Below are positions 1 to 10,352 of a stretch of 64,000 bases of DNA, piece after piece. The position numbers were made by a program, and so were the translations under genes. The first letter of the stretch is position 1. Every line of letters starts with the position of its first letter. The notes beneath the pieces are model-generated. The model saw only the letters and a list, made by a program, of their open reading frames with translations, was not told the DNA's origin and did no database searches. Source of the DNA: Clostridiales bacterium (lineage in GTDB: Bacteria > Bacillota > Clostridia > Saccharofermentanales > Saccharofermentanaceae); NCBI GenBank assembly GCA_017513085.1, contig JAFWDK010000010.1, positions 256,001 through 320,000 on the forward strand. The letters run 5' to 3'.

Positions 1-8
1 GTTCAAAG

Positions 9-38
9 AGGACTGTTTCTTAGGAAACAGTCCTTTTT
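9..38 (+). terminator. Intrinsic terminator of a gene upstream of the window
   Basis: AGGACTGTTTC-ttag-GAAACAGTCCT followed by a T-run. Confidence 0.8.
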
Positions 39-138
39 CTTTGCTTAGTCTTAAATATATATTTTATATAAATATAAGGAAGTTTCGCCGTTTTGTGGTA
101 GAATACATATCAGATTTTGCAGAATTGAGGAATAAAGA

Positions 139-927
139 TTGAGAGTACTCTTTGTCGGAGATGTTGTGGCCCATCCGGGAAAACGCATGCTCAAGAATAA
201 ACTTAAGACGTTTTTATCCGAGAACGCGGTCGACGCTTGTGTTGTAAACGCAGAGAATGTTGCGGCCGGTCTTGGGATCAATTACAGTTCAGCCAAGGAT
301 CTTTTCTCTTTTGGCGCTGACTGTATCACACTTGGCAATCACTCTTTTTCGTGTGCGGATTATCTTCGCTTTGCTGACGCAGAGATGAAGATCGTCCGTC
401 CGGCAAATGTCAGTGAGGAATGGCCCGGTTTTGATGAATACTGTATCGATCTGAAAGAAAAGGGGCGGCTTCTTGTTATAAGCATGATGGGGCAGGTTTT
501 CATTACGCCTGTTGCCGATTCCCCTTTCAGATATTTTGAAAAGAACATCGATAGATGGAAAAAACAGTATTCCCCAACGAATATACTTATTGATTTTCAT
601 GCCGAAACGACCAGTGAAAAACTGGCTTTCGGACAGTTTGTCGATGGTAAGGTTTCTATGGTTCTCGGAACGCATACACATGTCGCCACTGCGGATGAGA
701 AGATCCTTCCGTGCGGAACCGGATACATTACGGATGTTGGAATGACGGGAACGACAAGCGGAATCATCGGTATGACGCTGGATGCATCTTTGCGGAGAAT
801 GAAAGACAAACTTCCGTCTAAATACGTGGCTGCGGATGGCCCTGCTGAAATGAATGCTATCCTGGCTGACTTGGATATATCGAACGGAAAATGTGTAAAA
901 ATTGAGAGGATAAGGATCTATGAATGA
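139..927 (+). CDS. ymdB: YmdB-family metallophosphoesterase (2',3'-cyclic nucleotide phosphodiesterase)
   Basis: Motifs GDVV, NAEN, TLGNH, DFHAETTSEK, GTHTH, TDVGMTG; TTG start after GAGG. Confidence 0.92.
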   Translation: MRVLFVGDVVAHPGKRMLKNKLKTFLSENAVDACVVNAENVAAGLGINYSSAKDLFSFGADCITLGNHSFSCADYLRFADAEMKIVRPANVSEEWPGFDEYCIDLKEKGRLLVISMMGQVFITPVADSPFRYFEKNIDRWKKQYSPTNILIDFHAETTSEKLAFGQFVDGKVSMVLGTHTHVATADEKILPCGTGYITDVGMTGTTSGIIGMTLDASLRRMKDKLPSKYVAADGPAEMNAILADLDISNGKCVKIERIRIYE

Positions 928-1477
928 ATATAACACGCGTAAAGTAACATGGATCACGTACACTCTGTACGTGGAATTGTTTATTGTGCTTGCAGGTATC
1001 GATCAGTTTACCAAAAGTCTTATCACCAAGTCTTTTGCTGTTGCTCAGATCAAACCTGTTATCAACAACTTTTTTTCGCTGATGTATGTACGTAATAAGG
1101 GAAGTGCTTTTAGCCTTTTTGCCAATCAGAAGTGGGGCGTTACCGTATTGTCTGTTATTTCCTCGATTGCCTTTGTCATTATTCTGGCTATTGCTTTCTT
1201 TGTTTTGGCGAAATTTAAGAGCAGACGTCTTTGTTTATGCCTGATCTTTCTGGCGGCAGGAACTCTTGGTAATCTTATCGATCGCATACGTCTGCATTAT
1301 GTTGTGGATTTTCTAAGATTTGATTTCGGTAGTTATACTTTCCCGATTTTTAATGTGGCGGATATTTATGTGACACTTTCGTGCATAGTCCTTGCCATCC
1401 TTTTATTTTTCAGTGATAAGTTTATTCCCGAGATTCCGTTCGGGGATAAGAAGAAGGACGAGGAAGACGATGATTGA
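920..1477 (+). CDS. lspA: Lipoprotein signal peptidase II
   Basis: DQFTK, NKGSAFS, GNLIDR, VVDF, FNVAD motifs; several TM segments. Confidence 0.95.
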   Translation: MNEYNTRKVTWITYTLYVELFIVLAGIDQFTKSLITKSFAVAQIKPVINNFFSLMYVRNKGSAFSLFANQKWGVTVLSVISSIAFVIILAIAFFVLAKFKSRRLCLCLIFLAAGTLGNLIDRIRLHYVVDFLRFDFGSYTFPIFNVADIYVTLSCIVLAILLFFSDKFIPEIPFGDKKKDEEDDD

Positions 1478-2378
1478 GACTTTTCGCGTTGAGAACTTCG
1501 AGGGACGGATCGATGCATATATTCCTAAAGCCTGTTCCGATCTGTCTCGGTCGCGTGCCGCGCAGCTGATTGCGGACGGTGCCATTCTTGTTAACGGCAA
1601 GCCGGTAAAGGCTTCTTTTAAGGTGTTTGGAGGAGAAGAACTCTCGATCGATTTCCCGGAACCGGTTGATACGGATGCCAAACCGGAGAATATCCCTTTG
1701 GATATCGTTTATGAGGATAAGGACCTCTTGATCATCAATAAGCCGCAAGGCATGGTGGTACACCCGGCACCGGGGCATTATTCCGGTACTTTGGTCAATG
1801 CCCTTCTTTATCATTGTCAGGGTGAATTATCTGATATTAACGGCGTTATCCGACCCGGTATCGTTCACCGTATTGATATGGATACTTCCGGATTGATGGT
1901 CGCTGTGAAGAATAATGAGACGCATATGGCGATGGCACAAATGATTGCTAATCACGAGGTGGTGCGTGAATACCGGGCGTGTGTGTACGGGATCGTGGAT
2001 TCCGACAAGGGAACGATCCATGCTCCGATTGGCCGTGCGCTGAATGACAGAAGAAAAATGACGGTCTGTGAGGGAGGAAAAGATTCCATCACGCATTTTG
2101 AAGTGTTGGAGCGTTTCCGTAAGGGAACTGATCTGTTATGCCGCCTGGAGACGGGAAGAACGCATCAGATTCGTGCTCATATGACTTATATCGGACATCC
2201 TTGTATCGGTGATCCTCTTTATGCACCGAAACGAGAGCGTTATAATTTAGTCGGACAGGCCTTGCACAGTACTTCCATCCGATTTGTCCATCCTAGAACG
2301 GAAGAAGTGATCTCTTACACGGTCGATATACCCGACCATTATAAGAAACTGCTGGAAATTCTTAGAAATGACTGTTAA
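1470..2378 (+). CDS. rluD: RluA/RluD-family 23S rRNA pseudouridine synthase
   Basis: N-terminal S4 domain, NKPQGMVVHP, catalytic HRID, GRTHQIR; start moved to ATG 1470, which overlaps the lspA end. Confidence 0.93.
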   Translation: MIETFRVENFEGRIDAYIPKACSDLSRSRAAQLIADGAILVNGKPVKASFKVFGGEELSIDFPEPVDTDAKPENIPLDIVYEDKDLLIINKPQGMVVHPAPGHYSGTLVNALLYHCQGELSDINGVIRPGIVHRIDMDTSGLMVAVKNNETHMAMAQMIANHEVVREYRACVYGIVDSDKGTIHAPIGRALNDRRKMTVCEGGKDSITHFEVLERFRKGTDLLCRLETGRTHQIRAHMTYIGHPCIGDPLYAPKRERYNLVGQALHSTSIRFVHPRTEEVISYTVDIPDHYKKLLEILRNDC

Positions 2379-2389
2379 GGAGAAGGGTT

Positions 2390-3337
2390 TTGAAAGAAGA
2401 AATATTCGTTGATGTCAAACATCTAAGTGAGCTCAGTGCCAATAACGGAGGCTGGCTTTCTATTGTTTCCGAAATCTTTTCGTGCCGACTTGTTCCTTGT
2501 GACGCCGGTATTTCAGCGGATGGAGATGTTCGTGATCTGGACCATGTTTCCAGTCTGATTTCTTCTGTCGACAGTCTTCTTGATAAAGAAGAACAGCTCG
2601 ATGAGTCTACGATCCGTTACCTTTGTTTTCTCGAGAAAGAGAATAAACTGACAGAGTTTATGGAAGAAGAATCTCCGGTGCTTTTTACAACGCCTTCCGG
2701 TCGCACGATCCGCGCCAAAACACTGGGGCAACGCGTATATGTAGATGCTTTAGCCAACAATGAAGTCGTGATCTGTAAAGGACCGGCCGGTTCCGGTAAG
2801 ACATTTCTCGGCGTAGCGATGGCTGTTCTGGCTTTGCGCAACCGTTCGGTGTCCAGGATCATCCTTACACGTCCTGCAGTGGAAGCCGGAGAGAAACTCG
2901 GCTATCTTCCCGGTGATATTGAAGAAAAGGTCGACCCTTATATGCGGCCTATCTATGATGCGCTTCTGGAACTTATGGGAAGAGAGATGTTTGAGAGAAA
3001 TATCGACAGAGGAATCATTGAAGTGTCGCCGCTTGCTTATATGCGCGGCCGCAATCTGGACGATTCGTTTATCCTTTTGGACGAAGCTCAGAATACTACG
3101 ATCGAGCAGATGATGATGTTCCTTACCAGAATGGGTATGAATTCCCGAGTGTGTGTATGCGGAGATACGACTCAGATCGACTTGCCTTTCGGCTATAAGA
3201 ATGGTCTTGATGATGCGATGCAGATTCTGAAAGATATCAAGGGAATCACGACCGTATCTTTGCAAGAGGCTGATATTGTTCGAAATCCTTTGGTTCAGAA
3301 GATCATTATGGCTTATAATGCTAGAGAAAGGAAGTGA
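2390..3337 (+). CDS. phoH: PhoH-family ATPase (YbeZ/PhoH-like)
   Basis: GPAGSGKT, RPAVEAGEKLGYLPGD, AYMRGR, LDEAQN, GDTTQIDL. Confidence 0.93.
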   Translation: MKEEIFVDVKHLSELSANNGGWLSIVSEIFSCRLVPCDAGISADGDVRDLDHVSSLISSVDSLLDKEEQLDESTIRYLCFLEKENKLTEFMEEESPVLFTTPSGRTIRAKTLGQRVYVDALANNEVVICKGPAGSGKTFLGVAMAVLALRNRSVSRIILTRPAVEAGEKLGYLPGDIEEKVDPYMRPIYDALLELMGREMFERNIDRGIIEVSPLAYMRGRNLDDSFILLDEAQNTTIEQMMMFLTRMGMNSRVCVCGDTTQIDLPFGYKNGLDDAMQILKDIKGITTVSLQEADIVRNPLVQKIIMAYNARERK

Positions 3338-3346
3338 AGAGGTCGG

Positions 3347-5440
3347 GTGAAAAACAATAAGAAAAACCAGAAGCTTTTTAAAGTGCTACGTTATTCTTCG
3401 ATGCCGATCCTTGCGGTTTTGGTCATCGCTATTGTTTATCTTGGCTCGCTTCCGAAGAAATATAATGTTTCCTCGGGTTCCATCAGTGAATACGATATTA
3501 CTGCCTCGCGTTCTGCGACAGATACATACGAGACACAGAAACGTGCACTTATGGCTAAAGCCCAGGTCGTTCCGATCTATGTGATCTCGGATGAAGTGTC
3601 CGAGACAAATAAGAAGACGGTATCCGGTTTTTTCAATTATTGTGAAGAGCTCCGCAATAACAATGTCGACACACTTGGGACAGTTCTAAGAAATAAGCAA
3701 GAGATGGCGGAGCTTTTAAAGACGGCATTGAAGGAATCTTACAATTTGGAATTGTCCAGTTCTGTTTCGTATACATTGGCGAATATATCTTTCGTTGAAT
3801 TCAATCACGTGAAGAATGCTGCAAATGCGATTACGGAAATGCTCTCGATGAATTCGCTGGATACACAGACTCTTCCGATCGAAATCAACAACGCGGTTTC
3901 AGAATTCACGGATTTCAGCGCGAATCCGAATGCAAATTCGAATTATGTGACCAATTCTGAACTTTTGCGAGTTCTTCTGAATTCACTTTTGAAACCCAAT
4001 GCTACTTATGATGCGAAGGGGACGGAAGCGGCCAAAGAGGCTGCTTATGCCAATGCTCTCAGCGAGCCGGCGATGATCCAGAAGGGAACGAGAGTCGTGA
4101 GCGTGGGAGAAACGATTACTCCGAAGATCTATAGTCAGCTCAAGGATCTTGATTTGCTTTCCGGTTCCCGCTTTGACTTTAAGCTCCTTATCGGAATCAT
4201 CGTTTACGTATTCATCATTTTCTTTGCCGGCGCTTTTTATCTTTTGCGGCATGAGAAGGATTACATGGTCGATTCGAAAATGGGTATTTCATTGATCCTC
4301 GCCTTCGTTGTTCCGGTTGTTTCCGGCATATATCTGTCGAATATTCATCCGCTTTTTTCGGCAATCGTGTTTACCAGCGTCATTTTTGCGACGTATCTCG
4401 GCATTCAGGGAGGAATTACTTTAACTTCTTTGGCTTTGCTTTTTATCCTTCCGATGAGTGGATTTAATACTGAACTGGTATTTGTTTCTTTGATCGGGAT
4501 CTTTATCAGCTGTGTGATTGCCGGACAGCGCAATCATCGTTACAACTCGGCTATCCTGATCATTCTGACATGCCTCGGTTCTGTTTTTGCCTCGTTTGCC
4601 TACAATCTGGTTACCCAGGCATCCCGTACCGATACTTTTAATTCCATGTTGTGGAGTGCCGTCGGTTCCGGCTGTTCGGTGATTGCTGCAATCGGTTGCC
4701 AGCCTTTGTTCGAACTCATTTCCAACACCGCTTCACCGATGCGACTCCTCGATCTTGCCCAACAGAGCCATCCTTTGCTGAAAAGATTGTTCCTTGAAGC
4801 TCCGGGTACCTATCAGCACAGTATCATGGTAGCCAATCTTGCGGACTCCGCGGCGGAAGCGATCGGCGCGAATTCGCTTTTGGCTAAAGTAGGTTCATAT
4901 TATCATGACATCGGAAAACTGGAGTGTCCGGAGTACTTTACCGAAAATCAGCAGGATGGTGTTAATCCGCACGATTCTCTGCCGGTCGAAAAGAGTATCC
5001 AGATCATCACTGCACATCCTTCCGATGGATTGAAACTGGCCAAGAAAGCGTATCTGCCTATACCGATCCAGAGTATTATTCTGGAGCATCATGGTACTAC
5101 ATGTCCGGGTTATTTCTATCAGAAAGCGAAAAAGGCTGCGGAAGAGAAGGGTGAGCCGTTGCCGAATAAAGCTGATTTCTGTTATAAAGGCACTGTTCCT
5201 TCTACAAAAGAATCAGCTATCATCATGATTGCTGACTCTTGCGAAGCCGCTATCCGCTCAAAAGGTATCCGTGATCTTGAAGAGACAGAGGCGCTTTGCA
5301 GAAAAATCATTAAGTCGAAAATTGAAGAAGACCAGCTTGTGAAGTCCGATCTTTCATTCCGTGATCTGGAATTGATCATAAGTGCTTTTATACAGGTATA
5401 TGCGGGCTTCTTCCATGAAAGGGTGAAGTATCCTGAATGA
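3347..5440 (+). CDS. pgpH: 7TM-HD phosphohydrolase (PgpH/YqfF-type c-di-AMP phosphodiesterase)
   Basis: N-terminal TM, large extracellular domain, 7 TM segments, then APGTYQHS, YYHDIGK, EHHGT, IADS; conserved position between phoH and ybeY. Confidence 0.85.
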   Translation: MKNNKKNQKLFKVLRYSSMPILAVLVIAIVYLGSLPKKYNVSSGSISEYDITASRSATDTYETQKRALMAKAQVVPIYVISDEVSETNKKTVSGFFNYCEELRNNNVDTLGTVLRNKQEMAELLKTALKESYNLELSSSVSYTLANISFVEFNHVKNAANAITEMLSMNSLDTQTLPIEINNAVSEFTDFSANPNANSNYVTNSELLRVLLNSLLKPNATYDAKGTEAAKEAAYANALSEPAMIQKGTRVVSVGETITPKIYSQLKDLDLLSGSRFDFKLLIGIIVYVFIIFFAGAFYLLRHEKDYMVDSKMGISLILAFVVPVVSGIYLSNIHPLFSAIVFTSVIFATYLGIQGGITLTSLALLFILPMSGFNTELVFVSLIGIFISCVIAGQRNHRYNSAILIILTCLGSVFASFAYNLVTQASRTDTFNSMLWSAVGSGCSVIAAIGCQPLFELISNTASPMRLLDLAQQSHPLLKRLFLEAPGTYQHSIMVANLADSAAEAIGANSLLAKVGSYYHDIGKLECPEYFTENQQDGVNPHDSLPVEKSIQIITAHPSDGLKLAKKAYLPIPIQSIILEHHGTTCPGYFYQKAKKAAEEKGEPLPNKADFCYKGTVPSTKESAIIMIADSCEAAIRSKGIRDLEETEALCRKIIKSKIEEDQLVKSDLSFRDLELIISAFIQVYAGFFHERVKYPE

Positions 5441-6936
5441 GTATACAGATTTATAATCAGACACGTTCTTATTCTAAAGACGAGGAGAAAGTTTTTTCTT
5501 CTGACGTTGCCAATGCACTATCCACGCTGCTTTCGTCTTCCTATATCGATGCGCGGATCCACGATGCATCTTTCGAAGTCGGAGTCGATATCCGTTTGGT
5601 CGGGACTGCGACGATCCGTAAGCTGAATGCAGAACATCGCGGACTGGATAAGGTCACGGATGTGCTGTCTTTCCCGGTCTTGGATATGGTCGATGGCATG
5701 CTTTCTTCTGATCTGATGCCGTACGATTTTTCAGTTTCCGACGGGAAGAAGACGTTGATCCTGGGAGATGTTGTTATCTGTCCGGAGCGTGCCAGAAAAC
5801 AGGCGGAAGAATATGGACATTCACTCGAACGTGAGATGGTTTTCCTCGCGGTGCACTCATTTCTGCACCTTTTAGGTTTTGATCATGAGCATGGACGTGA
5901 TGAAGGTAAGATGTTCTCGATTCAGGAAGAAATACTGGTGAAGATCGGTCTCCCAAGAGATAACGGTTCGGAGATTTCGACTTCGGAAGATCTTCATCCG
6001 GTCGGAGAGATCCTTCCACATTGCGGATATTGCGCGTTGATCGGTAGACCGAATGTCGGAAAATCAACCTTACTGAATGCGATTTCCGGCATGAAACTCG
6101 CGATAGTTTCACATAAACCACAAACTACAAGAACAAACATCTCCGCGATCTATAACAGGGAAGATGCACAAGTAATCTTTGTGGATACGCCCGGTATCCA
6201 TCGCCCGGAGTCGAAGCTTTCCGAATTCATGGTGGATTCTTCCTTCCGTGCGGCAAAGGGCGCTGATGTGGTGGTTCTACTGGTGGACGGACGTTTCAAC
6301 AAGCCGGCAAATGTCGAGAAGAAGGCGGTTGAGACGGCCAAAAAGCTGAAGAAACCTCTGATTCTGGTCGTTAATAAAGCTGATGCCGTGTCCAAAGAGT
6401 CATTGCTTCCGCTTATCGCGAATTATTCACAAATGGCTGATTTTGAAGAGATCATCCCGATTTCTGCACTGAAAGAAGATGGCATCGAAGAATTGATGAA
6501 TGTGATCATCAGTAAACTTCCTTCGCAACCGAGATATTTTCCGATGGAAGAAGTGACGGACCAGTCTGAACGAGAGATTTCAGCGGAACTGATCCGCGAA
6601 CAGATCCTTCATTTTACGAACGAAGAGATCCCGCACGGAACAGCGGTCGAGATCGATTCTTTTGAAGAAGAACTTAAAGAAGATGCAGTGGATAGTTATG
6701 ACCGTTCGCTCATCAAGATCCATGCTTCCATAATCTGTGAGAAGGACTCGCACAAGAGTATTCTTCTGGGCAAAAACGGTCAGATGATCAAGCGTATCGG
6801 TACTGCAGCCCGCCAGAATATCGAAAAAATGACAGATTGTAAGGTGTTCCTGGATCTGTACGTTAAAGTTCGAAAGGATTGGAAAAACAAACAGGTTTTC
6901 CTCAACGAATTCGGTTATACCAAAAAGGATGATTGA
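5437..6936 (+). CDS. ybeY-era: YbeY rRNA-maturation factor fused to Era GTPase
   Basis: N-terminal TDVLSFP, GDVVIC, HSFLHLLGFDH (H3xH5xH); C-terminal GRPNVGKS, QTTR, DTPG, NKAD and KH domain; one uninterrupted ORF. Confidence 0.93.
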   Translation: MSIQIYNQTRSYSKDEEKVFSSDVANALSTLLSSSYIDARIHDASFEVGVDIRLVGTATIRKLNAEHRGLDKVTDVLSFPVLDMVDGMLSSDLMPYDFSVSDGKKTLILGDVVICPERARKQAEEYGHSLEREMVFLAVHSFLHLLGFDHEHGRDEGKMFSIQEEILVKIGLPRDNGSEISTSEDLHPVGEILPHCGYCALIGRPNVGKSTLLNAISGMKLAIVSHKPQTTRTNISAIYNREDAQVIFVDTPGIHRPESKLSEFMVDSSFRAAKGADVVVLLVDGRFNKPANVEKKAVETAKKLKKPLILVVNKADAVSKESLLPLIANYSQMADFEEIIPISALKEDGIEELMNVIISKLPSQPRYFPMEEVTDQSEREISAELIREQILHFTNEEIPHGTAVEIDSFEEELKEDAVDSYDRSLIKIHASIICEKDSHKSILLGKNGQMIKRIGTAARQNIEKMTDCKVFLDLYVKVRKDWKNKQVFLNEFGYTKKDD

Positions 6937-6939
6937 TCT

Positions 6940-7698
6940 ATGGGTGCCACCATTTCTTTGCGTGCTGTTGTGATCCATAACCGTCCGCACCGTGATCAGG
7001 ATGCGATCGTGACGATGCTTTCGCATAAGCATGGCCTTCTGAAAGTAATGGTCCCCGGCGCCAAGAAGCATTCTTCCAGACTGGCACCTCTTGCCACGCC
7101 GCCACTTCTCGGTGATTTTGTGCTGAGTGAAAGCAAAGGATTCTATTATCTGAAAGAAGGAGAGACCGTCGAGAGTTTCAAGGGACTTTATTCTTCTTTT
7201 GAGGCACTAACGGCCGCTTCCCATATTCTTGAAGTCGTGCAGGATACCGTGGTAGATGTGGAGTCGGCTCAGTCGATCTATCCGCTTCTGTTATATGTTC
7301 TCTATGATCTGTCCACACATACGGAAAAATACCGTCAGATCGTAGCGGCGTTTGAGTGGCGTCTGATGGATGCGCTTGGTTTCGGTTTTGATCTTCACGA
7401 ATGTGATTGTGGAAACCCGAATGAGATGCCGACATACGCATTCTCATTCACAAAATGCCGTCTGTTTTGTTCAAATGTTTCCTGTGTAGCCAAAGCCGGA
7501 GACTATCGGTTCGTCTCATCCGGCTGCGTAGAAGCGCTACGGTACATCCGCGACGCCAAACTGGAACGGTTAAGTGCTTTTCACGCAGCAGATTATGTGC
7601 TCGATGACCTGTGCGAAGTTACACACCGTTATCTTTGCGAACGCCTTGAAAAGAACTACGACAAGCTTTCCATCATTGATTCGTTGCCGCCTGTCTGA
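6940..7698 (+). CDS. recO: DNA repair protein RecO
   Basis: N-terminal OB-fold pattern, Cys cluster (CDCG...C..C), canonical position after era. Confidence 0.85.
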   Translation: MGATISLRAVVIHNRPHRDQDAIVTMLSHKHGLLKVMVPGAKKHSSRLAPLATPPLLGDFVLSESKGFYYLKEGETVESFKGLYSSFEALTAASHILEVVQDTVVDVESAQSIYPLLLYVLYDLSTHTEKYRQIVAAFEWRLMDALGFGFDLHECDCGNPNEMPTYAFSFTKCRLFCSNVSCVAKAGDYRFVSSGCVEALRYIRDAKLERLSAFHAADYVLDDLCEVTHRYLCERLEKNYDKLSIIDSLPPV

Positions 7699-7707
7699 TT
7701 ATTCGGT

Positions 7708-10164
7708 CTATAGATCTTCCCAAAGGATCTCGGCCTGATCATGGGTGTATTCTGTAGATCTCCAGTGTTCCGGATAAAGCCCGATGTAATCTTCCCGCGC
7801 ATATCGCTCATCCATTAAGACTATGAAGCCTTTGTCATCTTCGTTACGTATTACTCTACCGGCGGCCTGAAGGACTTTCTCCCAACCCGGAAACTTGTAT
7901 GCGTAAGAGAAGCCGTCATGGAATTTATTCTGGTAGTACTGAGAGAGTATTTCACGCTCTTTCGAGATCTGAGGGAGTCCGACGCCTACGATAAAAGCGC
8001 CTTTCAGGCGGTCTCCGGTAAGATCGATCCCTTCTCCGAAATGACCGCCCAATACGGCCAGACCTAAAAGGGTCTTCTTTCCGTGCGTGTCAAAGCGTGT
8101 CAGATATCGCTTTTTTTCTTCTTCGTCCATTCCCGGCCTTTGCATCATGATCTCCATGTCAGAACGACCGGCAGATTCTTTCATAAGCCGTTCGTATACC
8201 ATTTCCATATAGGCAAAGGAAGGAAAGAATACCATGAAATTTTCCTTGTGCCCTAAAACCATACGCAGGATAGTGCTGCTTATTGTCTCGGCAGTGAAGT
8301 GCCGCTCCTGAAATGTTGTCTTGATATCCTTGATCACCAGTACCTGAAGGTTTTCAGGGGGAAAAGGACTCGGGAGCTGAAGCATCTTGGAAAAGGATGT
8401 ATCTTTTCCGATGATCATGCTCTGGTAATACTGGGAAGGGGACATGGTCGCAGAGAAAAAGACTGCATTATGGGTGTCTTTTAACACATTGCAGATCTTC
8501 TCGGAAGCGTCCAGACAATCCAGACGGATCGTAACATCATATTGCTCGTTGTCGCAGATGCCGGATCTTGTCACCTCAAGAATATACGCATCATCGTAAT
8601 ACAGTTCGAGGATCGTCAGGAAAAAGCGCGCTTCGAAATAAAACTCGGAAAGGATCCGGCGTTTCCCGCGATCTTCCAGTTCGCTTAGAATGTTGATAAT
8701 ATGAAAACAAAGCGCCCATAATATCTGGTAGAGTGTGGACGGGGCGGCTTTGGCCGCACGGAAATCTTCGCCGATAAGTATGTCTTTTTCGGCGATCTTT
8801 CTCTCAACGATATTTATTCCGGCTGATCCTTTTTCAAAAGCATAGTCCAATACATTGAAATAGTCCGAGACTTGTCCCGCATACTTGGCTGTTTTGGGCG
8901 AGATCTCGGTGAGCAGTGGAAGTGCTGCGAGTAAGGTGCTTCTGGAAAAATCCGCGCTGAACATATCTCTGGAACGAGAGATCATGTTGTGTGCCTCATC
9001 GATCAGAAGTGTGTGGCAGAATTCACTGGCGACAAAATAGCGTTGCAAGTGGATCCTCGGATGAAATGCATGGTTGTAGTCGCATATGATCACGTCACAC
9101 ATGTTAGAGGCGTCTAACTGCAATTCGTGCGCACAGATTTTGTGCTTTTGTGCGGTGCGGCGAATATCTTCCGGATATATCGCATCTAAAGAATAGAGTT
9201 CTTCCAACGCGGCATTTAACCGTGAATAGTAGCCTTCCGCGTACTTACAGAACTTGCTGTCGCAGAAGTCTTCTCCGGCTATGCACATGTTTTCTTTCGG
9301 GGAAAGAAGGATCGATTTCACAACCAGCCCCTGTTGTCGCATATCGTTCAAAGCTTTGTCGCAGACTTCACGGGTAGCCTGTTTGGCAGTCAGATAGAAG
9401 ATCTTGCCTTCTTGTGCGTGAGGCAGCCATTTTATAGCTGGATATACGGTACTGATCGTCTTGCCGATGCCTGTCGGTGCTTCGGCAATCAGTGTTTCTT
9501 TGTGCTTAAGCGTGGAGAGCACGGCTTTCATGAAATCACGCTGTCCTGCACGGATCGTAGGATAGGGGAATTTCAGGTCCTCAATCGATGCATTGCGCTG
9601 GTTTTCGTATTCGTAGATCCGATTCGCTTCAGCACAGTATAGCGCGAGGGTTTCATCAAAGAAATCTTTCGCTTCCGCGCGGGTAAAGACGTTTGTCTTT
9701 TCAAGAAACTGGTATGTGATGGCAGATACGTATCGTAAAGTGATCGATAGCTCTTCAATTTCAGGATGAAGGCAATAATACATATGTGCATAGAGTTTAA
9801 CTTGGGCTTCATGAGTGGGAAGAACAAGCTGGTCCACATTTTCTACCACGCGATTATGTGTCTTGATCTCGAATATCACAACTTTAACACTATCGTTCGA
9901 AGCATCTTTCTGTTCTAAAACACAATCTGCTCTTCCGGCGATCTGAAGACGGAATAATTCAAACTCGATTTCCTTGGAAAGAGAATACTCAGATATCACA
10001 TTGTCTGTTTCGTATTGCTTTTTCAGATCCTGGAAAACCCGCTGATGCACACGTGTCCCTTCCTGTCCTGACACACTGCCAAAACCGGCCCCGTATAGTG
10101 AACCGGTCCGGTACAAGCGCTCGCTTAAAGCGCGGACAGAAATTTTGTGCAGTGCTTTTTCCAT
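7708..10164 (-). CDS. Rad3/DinG-family Fe-S DNA helicase with N-terminal PD-(D/E)XK nuclease-like domain
   Basis: APTGIGKT, DEAH, SAT, EGID, QAAGRVIR; Cys cluster; N-terminal GRAD...EIK...QxxxY; start taken at MEKAL (10164), 10197 possible. Confidence 0.85.
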   Translation of the reverse strand: MEKALHKISVRALSERLYRTGSLYGAGFGSVSGQEGTRVHQRVFQDLKKQYETDNVISEYSLSKEIEFELFRLQIAGRADCVLEQKDASNDSVKVVIFEIKTHNRVVENVDQLVLPTHEAQVKLYAHMYYCLHPEIEELSITLRYVSAITYQFLEKTNVFTRAEAKDFFDETLALYCAEANRIYEYENQRNASIEDLKFPYPTIRAGQRDFMKAVLSTLKHKETLIAEAPTGIGKTISTVYPAIKWLPHAQEGKIFYLTAKQATREVCDKALNDMRQQGLVVKSILLSPKENMCIAGEDFCDSKFCKYAEGYYSRLNAALEELYSLDAIYPEDIRRTAQKHKICAHELQLDASNMCDVIICDYNHAFHPRIHLQRYFVASEFCHTLLIDEAHNMISRSRDMFSADFSRSTLLAALPLLTEISPKTAKYAGQVSDYFNVLDYAFEKGSAGINIVERKIAEKDILIGEDFRAAKAAPSTLYQILWALCFHIINILSELEDRGKRRILSEFYFEARFFLTILELYYDDAYILEVTRSGICDNEQYDVTIRLDCLDASEKICNVLKDTHNAVFFSATMSPSQYYQSMIIGKDTSFSKMLQLPSPFPPENLQVLVIKDIKTTFQERHFTAETISSTILRMVLGHKENFMVFFPSFAYMEMVYERLMKESAGRSDMEIMMQRPGMDEEEKKRYLTRFDTHGKKTLLGLAVLGGHFGEGIDLTGDRLKGAFIVGVGLPQISKEREILSQYYQNKFHDGFSYAYKFPGWEKVLQAAGRVIRNEDDKGFIVLMDERYAREDYIGLYPEHWRSTEYTHDQAEILWEDL

Positions 10165-10275
10165 ATATTCATTATAATATAACGTCAGGCTATGCAATAG
10201 TTGGAGTAAAATTTGTCGTTTTGTGACGAGATTGAGAAAAATGCAATTTTGTCAGACAAAAGTTTCATTTTTCGA

Positions 10276-10304
10276 TTGTGCATTGCCTGAATGAGTGTTA
10301 TACT
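10276..10304 (+). promoter_or_regulatory. sigma-A promoter for ddh
   Basis: TTGTGC-17-TATACT with extended TG. Confidence 0.6.
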
Positions 10305-10352
10305 TCGACTAGTTAGTAACAAGTCTGAATATCACAAAGGAGAAAATTGCAT

